From NCBI GenBank assembly GCA_001563905.1, contig LKMO01000002.1, positions 3,397 to 67,396 of the forward strand: a stretch of 64,000 nucleotides of DNA, read 5' to 3'. The DNA is from Nanohaloarchaea archaeon B1-Br10_U2g19. GTDB lineage: Archaea > Nanohalarchaeota > Nanosalinia > Nanosalinales > Nanosalinaceae. A program made the translations under genes and the position numbers. The notes under the pieces are model-generated. The model saw nothing but the letters and a program-made list of their open reading frames with translations, was not told where the DNA came from and made no database searches. Positions 59,519-64,000 of this stretch are shown piece after piece (the first letter of the stretch is position 1; every line of letters starts with the position of its first letter).

Positions 59519-60352
59519 CTAATCTATACCTCTCACATCCTCCTTATTAACAATCCTCCGTTTAGCCTTCCGTATATCCCGGCCGTTCTCTACAAAACTC
59601 TCCTGTGAAGGCGGTATATAATCCTCATTCTGATAAGGTGTAACAGCCCTAGCACCTGAAGCCTGACGCGCCTCCTCAAAAGAATCATACAGCTGCTTAT
59701 CAACAGTATCCGGTCTATCCAAATCGTTAGGAGAACGGAAAACCTGTTCTTCCTTACTCTTCTGTTTCTCATCGTCTAAAAGCTTCCAAAGATCTTCATC
59801 AAAACGTTCTTTAACAATACAGGTACCGAAAAAACCATTCAAGTACTTGTTGTCCTCAGGCTGTAAAACCTGGTTCTCAACCCAGGTCTCCTTAGCATTA
59901 ACAGCTCTGAAAAACATGTTCAAACGGTTTATACCGTCTTCGCTCGGAAAACTGTTTACAGGCTCACGGTCAACCTGTTCAGTTAGTTTCTGGTAAGCAA
60001 GATCCGACTCGGCAAGAAAAGATACAAACTTTGTAGGAGCACCCGCAACAACATACTCTGCCTCAGCGATATTACTGTAGATACTGCTAGCTCGTTGACC
60101 TCTTTCACCTGCCTCCTCAAGCAAGTCAGCAATACTATAGATATGGTCTTCGAGTGAAGGATCAATTAAACCTTTTCTACGGCTCCAGTCCAGCTTCTCA
60201 TTATATACAAGTAATTCGTCCTCTAACTCTTCAACAGTATCAGCATAACCTGAAACCGCATCAACATAGCTTTCGAACTTCTCATCTATACTGTCCAGCT
60301 CATAGTTTAACTTGTCTAGTTCGGTGATCTTCCGGGGGAACCCTTTGTTCAT
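59519..60352 (-). CDS. Hypothetical protein, N-terminal coiled coil
   Basis: 277-aa ORF. Confidence 0.65.
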   Translation of the reverse strand: MNKGFPRKITELDKLNYELDSIDEKFESYVDAVSGYADTVEELEDELLVYNEKLDWSRRKGLIDPSLEDHIYSIADLLEEAGERGQRASSIYSNIAEAEYVVAGAPTKFVSFLAESDLAYQKLTEQVDREPVNSFPSEDGINRLNMFFRAVNAKETWVENQVLQPEDNKYLNGFFGTCIVKERFDEDLWKLLDDEKQKSKEEQVFRSPNDLDRPDTVDKQLYDSFEEARQASGARAVTPYQNEDYIPPSQESFVENGRDIRKAKRRIVNKEDVRGID

Positions 60353-60391
60353 ACAACAAGTAGTTAAGTTAAAGAACTGTTAAATCAGTTT

Positions 60392-60766
60392 TTACGTGTC
60401 CATAAACTCTTTCCTGTAAAGATAAACTAAAACCAGTAAAAGAAGGACTTGAGCTGTCTTATCAACAACATCAAGTAAAGGCAGGCCTGAAACAAAACTC
60501 TGTAACCCGGGCTGGTTGACAGTGTACCAGTAAACAACTTGACCGAGCACAAAAGGAATACCTAAAAGATAGACAAAACGTCTACCAAGATCTAAAACCA
60601 CTAGCTTGATACCTAGTAGAAATCCTGTTCCAGCCAATAGAAAGCTTATACCTAGACCTGTCAAACCTATCAAGAACCCTAGATGGAAATGTATAACGGA
60701 AGAGATTAGTGCTAAAACTATTCCTATGTAATGCATAGGGTTTAGCTCGCCGATTTCAAGTCTCAC
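60392..60766 (-). CDS. Small four-helix membrane protein
   Basis: IHFHLG and DKTAQ motifs; hydrophobic. Confidence 0.7.
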   Translation of the reverse strand: MRLEIGELNPMHYIGIVLALISSVIHFHLGFLIGLTGLGISFLLAGTGFLLGIKLVVLDLGRRFVYLLGIPFVLGQVVYWYTVNQPGLQSFVSGLPLLDVVDKTAQVLLLLVLVYLYRKEFMDT

Positions 60767-60838
60767 AGCTCAAAAATCAGTGTTTAAAATTTATACGGTT
60801 TGCCTCCCAAAAAATAAAGAAGAAAAAAAAGATATTTT

Positions 60839-61351
60839 TTAGCTTACTGTGATAGATCCTTCCATACCTTGAGCTCTATGGCTTCCAACACTACAGAAGA
60901 AACTGTAGTCGCCTTCTTCCTCAAACGTATAAGTGAAAGAGTCTGAGTCACCGGAAGCAGAAAGAACTTCTGTACCTTCAACTCTTTCACCGTCACCATC
61001 TTCTAGAACTAGGTCGTGCTGACCACCGTCATGGTTGTAGACAAACTCTACGGTCTCACCTTGTTCAACCTCTACTTCTTCAGTATCGTAGCTGTTGTCA
61101 GAGAAACCTGTAATCTCAACCTGTCTAACCTCATCTTCTGATTCGGAGGTCTCTTCAGTCTCTTCTTCAGTAGTGTCCGTTTCTTCTTCGGTTTCCTCTA
61201 CCTGTTCAGACTCTTCTTCTGTATCAGAGTCGTCTTCAGGTACTTCAGAATCTTCATCCGGCTGTTCTTCTATATCGGCTTCGCCGTTCAAACATCCTGC
61301 AGCAACCACAGTAAGCGCTAACAAACCAACTAATACGTACTGGCTTTTCAT
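60839..61351 (-). CDS. Cupredoxin (plastocyanin/halocyanin-like) lipoprotein
   Basis: AAGC lipobox, acidic linker, type-1 Cu ligands H...CSVGSHRAQGM. Confidence 0.88.
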   Translation of the reverse strand: MKSQYVLVGLLALTVVAAGCLNGEADIEEQPDEDSEVPEDDSDTEEESEQVEETEEETDTTEEETEETSESEDEVRQVEITGFSDNSYDTEEVEVEQGETVEFVYNHDGGQHDLVLEDGDGERVEGTEVLSASGDSDSFTYTFEEEGDYSFFCSVGSHRAQGMEGSITVS

Positions 61352-61467
61352 GGTTACAGTAAAGGGTTTGAGACTGCAGTTTTAACAGCTTTTCTGAGTC
61401 ATGGATGTTACTTGGAAGCTAGTTTTCTCAAAAGAAAGTTAAAGAAGGGGAAAAAGAAGAGTCGGGT

Positions 61468-62085
61468 TCAAATTGTGTAGTCTTCCGAACCAGAGAGTTC
61501 GTAACCTTGGTCCTCAAAAAGTCCTGATTCTTCCTCAGTATATAAGGAATCTTCTAAGTCAATTTCTTCAAGATCGATTTCTTCCAGCGAACTAAAGTTG
61601 TAGCCTAGATCAGAGTGGTAAGATTCGGCAATCTCTCCTAGAACATGTTTAACTTTTCTGCCGTCAACTTTTCCGTTGTATCCTGGGTTCTGTTTTAACC
61701 GGTTATGTACTTCTTTCTCTATATCCTCTGAAACTTCTTCGACTACCCACTGTGTAGGGACGCAGTCTCCACCACTACGTGTTTCAAGCTCTCTATGTCT
61801 CTCCACTTTGTCGCTTCTTCTTGCAATACTGTCGATCACTGGTTTGTATGAACTGTGGAGGTCTTGTGCTAGCTCTCTTCCTTGACCTCTCATGTCGTAA
61901 ACGCCGTCAAGCTCTACACCGGTTTCGTCTAGTATCTTTTCTACTCTGTGTTTCCCAGGACTGTTTATTTTCGAGGCATAGTTTTCTAAGTCAAACTCCG
62001 ACAAATCTAAGGTTCTTGTTAATTCTTCCAGTTTTTTGTAAGGATCTTCGGAACTTATCTTTTCTAGATTTTTTTCTCCTACCAT
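61468..62085 (-). CDS. Acidic hypothetical protein
   Basis: 205-aa ORF. Confidence 0.65.
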   Translation of the reverse strand: MVGEKNLEKISSEDPYKKLEELTRTLDLSEFDLENYASKINSPGKHRVEKILDETGVELDGVYDMRGQGRELAQDLHSSYKPVIDSIARRSDKVERHRELETRSGGDCVPTQWVVEEVSEDIEKEVHNRLKQNPGYNGKVDGRKVKHVLGEIAESYHSDLGYNFSSLEEIDLEEIDLEDSLYTEEESGLFEDQGYELSGSEDYTI

Positions 62086-62157
62086 TGTGTCAAAACACCT
62101 ATACTGTTGTTATCAAACAGTAGTTATTAAATAGTTTTTTGTCTGAAAACTAAAAGT

Positions 62158-63069
62158 CTAAAGAGATACACCGTTCTCAATAATATCTTCCAAACCCTCA
62201 CTATCCTGGTTGAAAAGAAGGTTCATAACCCTGTTCTGGTTGAGACCTGTACCCTTCTTCTTAGCGGTAGAAGCCGCAACACCGTAGACAACATTATCGT
62301 CAAGCGTATCTATCTCCGAACCATCCACAGTATAGAACCGGTAGTCTCCAACACTCATATAGATAAAACGGTTGTCCGTACTCCATTTACTCCATTTATT
62401 AACATCACCGGCGTACTCAGAGAACGAATCTACATCTCCTACACCTTCAAGCGAAAGATCCACTAAGGTGTCTTCCATCTTGTTACGGAACTTCATCTCA
62501 CTAGCACCATCAAGCCTTTGAAGCATCTCCGACATCGAAGCACCCATCCTAAAACTGTATCTACCGCCTTTCTCATCCAGCTCTTTCCGTTTACCAGCTC
62601 TATCTACCTCTGAACAAACCTGTTCAAAAAGAGTTAAACGGTTTTCAACTGTCTGATCGGCTTTGAACTCTTCTCCGTTACAGGTATGTACTCTTGTAAG
62701 AAAGTCTTTCCTCTCAACAAGCGCCGGCTCTTCCCGGCCATAGACATGTGCTTTGTAAAACGTTTTATCTTCGTTTTCAACTATCTTTTCATAAACTTCC
62801 TGGCCATCCCCGTCATAAATTACGGCTCTACCGTTCTCAAGATCTAAAGCAATCTCCTCAACCTCAGATATACTATCTAACTGTATATCCTCAAGATAAT
62901 CTTCGATACCGTCTAAAGTTTCAGAGATCTGTCCGGGTTCGTATCTACTGCCTCTACGGTTGTTACCTTTTTTCGTGTAAAGAATATCGGGCTGTCCAAC
63001 CTTTTCTAGACTTAACTCTTCTACATACTTTTCCAAGTCTTCCTCGTCTTCTTCAAGCAGTTTTTCCAT
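62158..63069 (-). CDS. Hypothetical protein
   Basis: 303-aa ORF. Confidence 0.7.
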   Translation of the reverse strand: MEKLLEEDEEDLEKYVEELSLEKVGQPDILYTKKGNNRRGSRYEPGQISETLDGIEDYLEDIQLDSISEVEEIALDLENGRAVIYDGDGQEVYEKIVENEDKTFYKAHVYGREEPALVERKDFLTRVHTCNGEEFKADQTVENRLTLFEQVCSEVDRAGKRKELDEKGGRYSFRMGASMSEMLQRLDGASEMKFRNKMEDTLVDLSLEGVGDVDSFSEYAGDVNKWSKWSTDNRFIYMSVGDYRFYTVDGSEIDTLDDNVVYGVAASTAKKKGTGLNQNRVMNLLFNQDSEGLEDIIENGVSL

Positions 63070-63081
63070 CAGCTTTACTAC

Positions 63082-63915
63082 CTAGATTTCGTAGTTCACA
63101 CTTTCTTCTAAAGCTTTCTTTACTGCGGTGTAAGCTGTTTCAACTCTTTCCGCTGCTTCTTCAGGACTTCCTGTCATATCGACGTCTAGCTCGAACTGTC
63201 CAAGTCCTTCACCTCTATAGTTTACTCCTTCACTGAACTCGGCGTATCTTTCAAGACTTTCATCGATCTCATCTACCACGCCTTCAAACAAAGGATTTGT
63301 ACTGGAACCGTTCGAATGTGTTACCATGATTGATACTTCTTCAGGTGTCTCGTAGTTCATCCAGACTCTTGTAGGCCCTTTCTCCATATTAGAAAAACCT
63401 TCACTGCTTACAGCGTTGTACCAGTTTTCTTCACTGATGTTTTCTCCTAATGCTGCGTAACCGTTTTCATCTTCTGCAACAACTATAGGTGTTACAGCTG
63501 CTTCATACCCTACAACTTCTTCGTCTTCAAGCTGTTCTACCGCTGAACTGTGAGGATGGTGGTCTAACTCTTCTACCTTTCTCTTTTCTATATCTGTGGT
63601 TTTCACGTCGATATAGATCTGTCTTTCGTCTTCATCGTTGATGTAGTCTGCTCCTGCGGAAGACAGGCTGTTAGGTACAGGTGTCTGTATCATTCTGTCT
63701 GTTGAACCGATTCTTTTCTGCATTTCTTTTCTGTAATCTGTTCTAGAGCTGAAACTGTTGATGTTGTGGTGGACTCCGCCTCTGTGTTTGAAGCCTTTCT
63801 TTTCGAGTAGTTCTTGGGTTTCGACTACTTTTTCAGCCCAGTCGTCTATATCGAACTCTGTTCCGGGTAGTTCGATACGGGTTTTCTCTGTCTTTAACTG
63901 GTAGGAATCACTCAT
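63082..63915 (-). CDS. Hypothetical protein
   Basis: 277-aa ORF with GAGGT SD upstream. Confidence 0.7.
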   Translation of the reverse strand: MSDSYQLKTEKTRIELPGTEFDIDDWAEKVVETQELLEKKGFKHRGGVHHNINSFSSRTDYRKEMQKRIGSTDRMIQTPVPNSLSSAGADYINDEDERQIYIDVKTTDIEKRKVEELDHHPHSSAVEQLEDEEVVGYEAAVTPIVVAEDENGYAALGENISEENWYNAVSSEGFSNMEKGPTRVWMNYETPEEVSIMVTHSNGSSTNPLFEGVVDEIDESLERYAEFSEGVNYRGEGLGQFELDVDMTGSPEEAAERVETAYTAVKKALEESVNYEI

Positions 63916-64000
63916 GGTTTTTTTATTACCTCACAATAGTTAACTCTTAAACAAGTTTTTTAAATATTCTACATAGTCTAGTCAATTTTTCTAGAGAAAA

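Noticed and set aside
1..64000. CRISPR arrays, tRNA/rRNA genes, IS elements
   Set aside because: No regularly spaced repeats, GTTCRA T-loop cloverleafs, rRNA signatures or transposase motifs were noticed by eye

Overview
A 64-kb window of an archaeal chromosome, most likely Nanohaloarchaeota (DPANN). This is inferred from the very acidic proteome in moderate-GC DNA, a single HMf-type histone, compact gene packing and many acidic orphan ORFs. Core content: dnaJ-dnaK and grpE (split by an inserted kinase-like/phosphoesterase pair), histone, PolB, an Ogg-type glycosylase, a pyruvate/2-oxoacid dehydrogenase operon beside ADP-forming acetate-CoA ligase, malic enzyme, map, cdc48, radB, a terminal Phe/Tyr operon, topA with a 502-aa LAGLIDADG intein, serS, tyrS, rtcA, Hsp20, and a PadR-ABC-COG1361 export cluster. 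The most unusual feature is the ~500-nt gap at 11420-11925. On the minus strand it has a promoter-like element and several G.U-containing stems. It also has an alanine-type acceptor stem (G3.U70, A73) in circularly permuted order and a start-codon-less acidic reading frame ANTRNF...VLAATAL* whose stop lies in a hairpin loop. Together these resemble a two-piece tmRNA, a system not established in archaea. This is a hypothesis: I see no canonical T-loop and no smpB in the window. A second structured intergenic element lies at 32460-32700. No tRNA, rRNA, CRISPR array or transposase was recognised. All calls are by eye from motifs; no database searches or folding programs were run.
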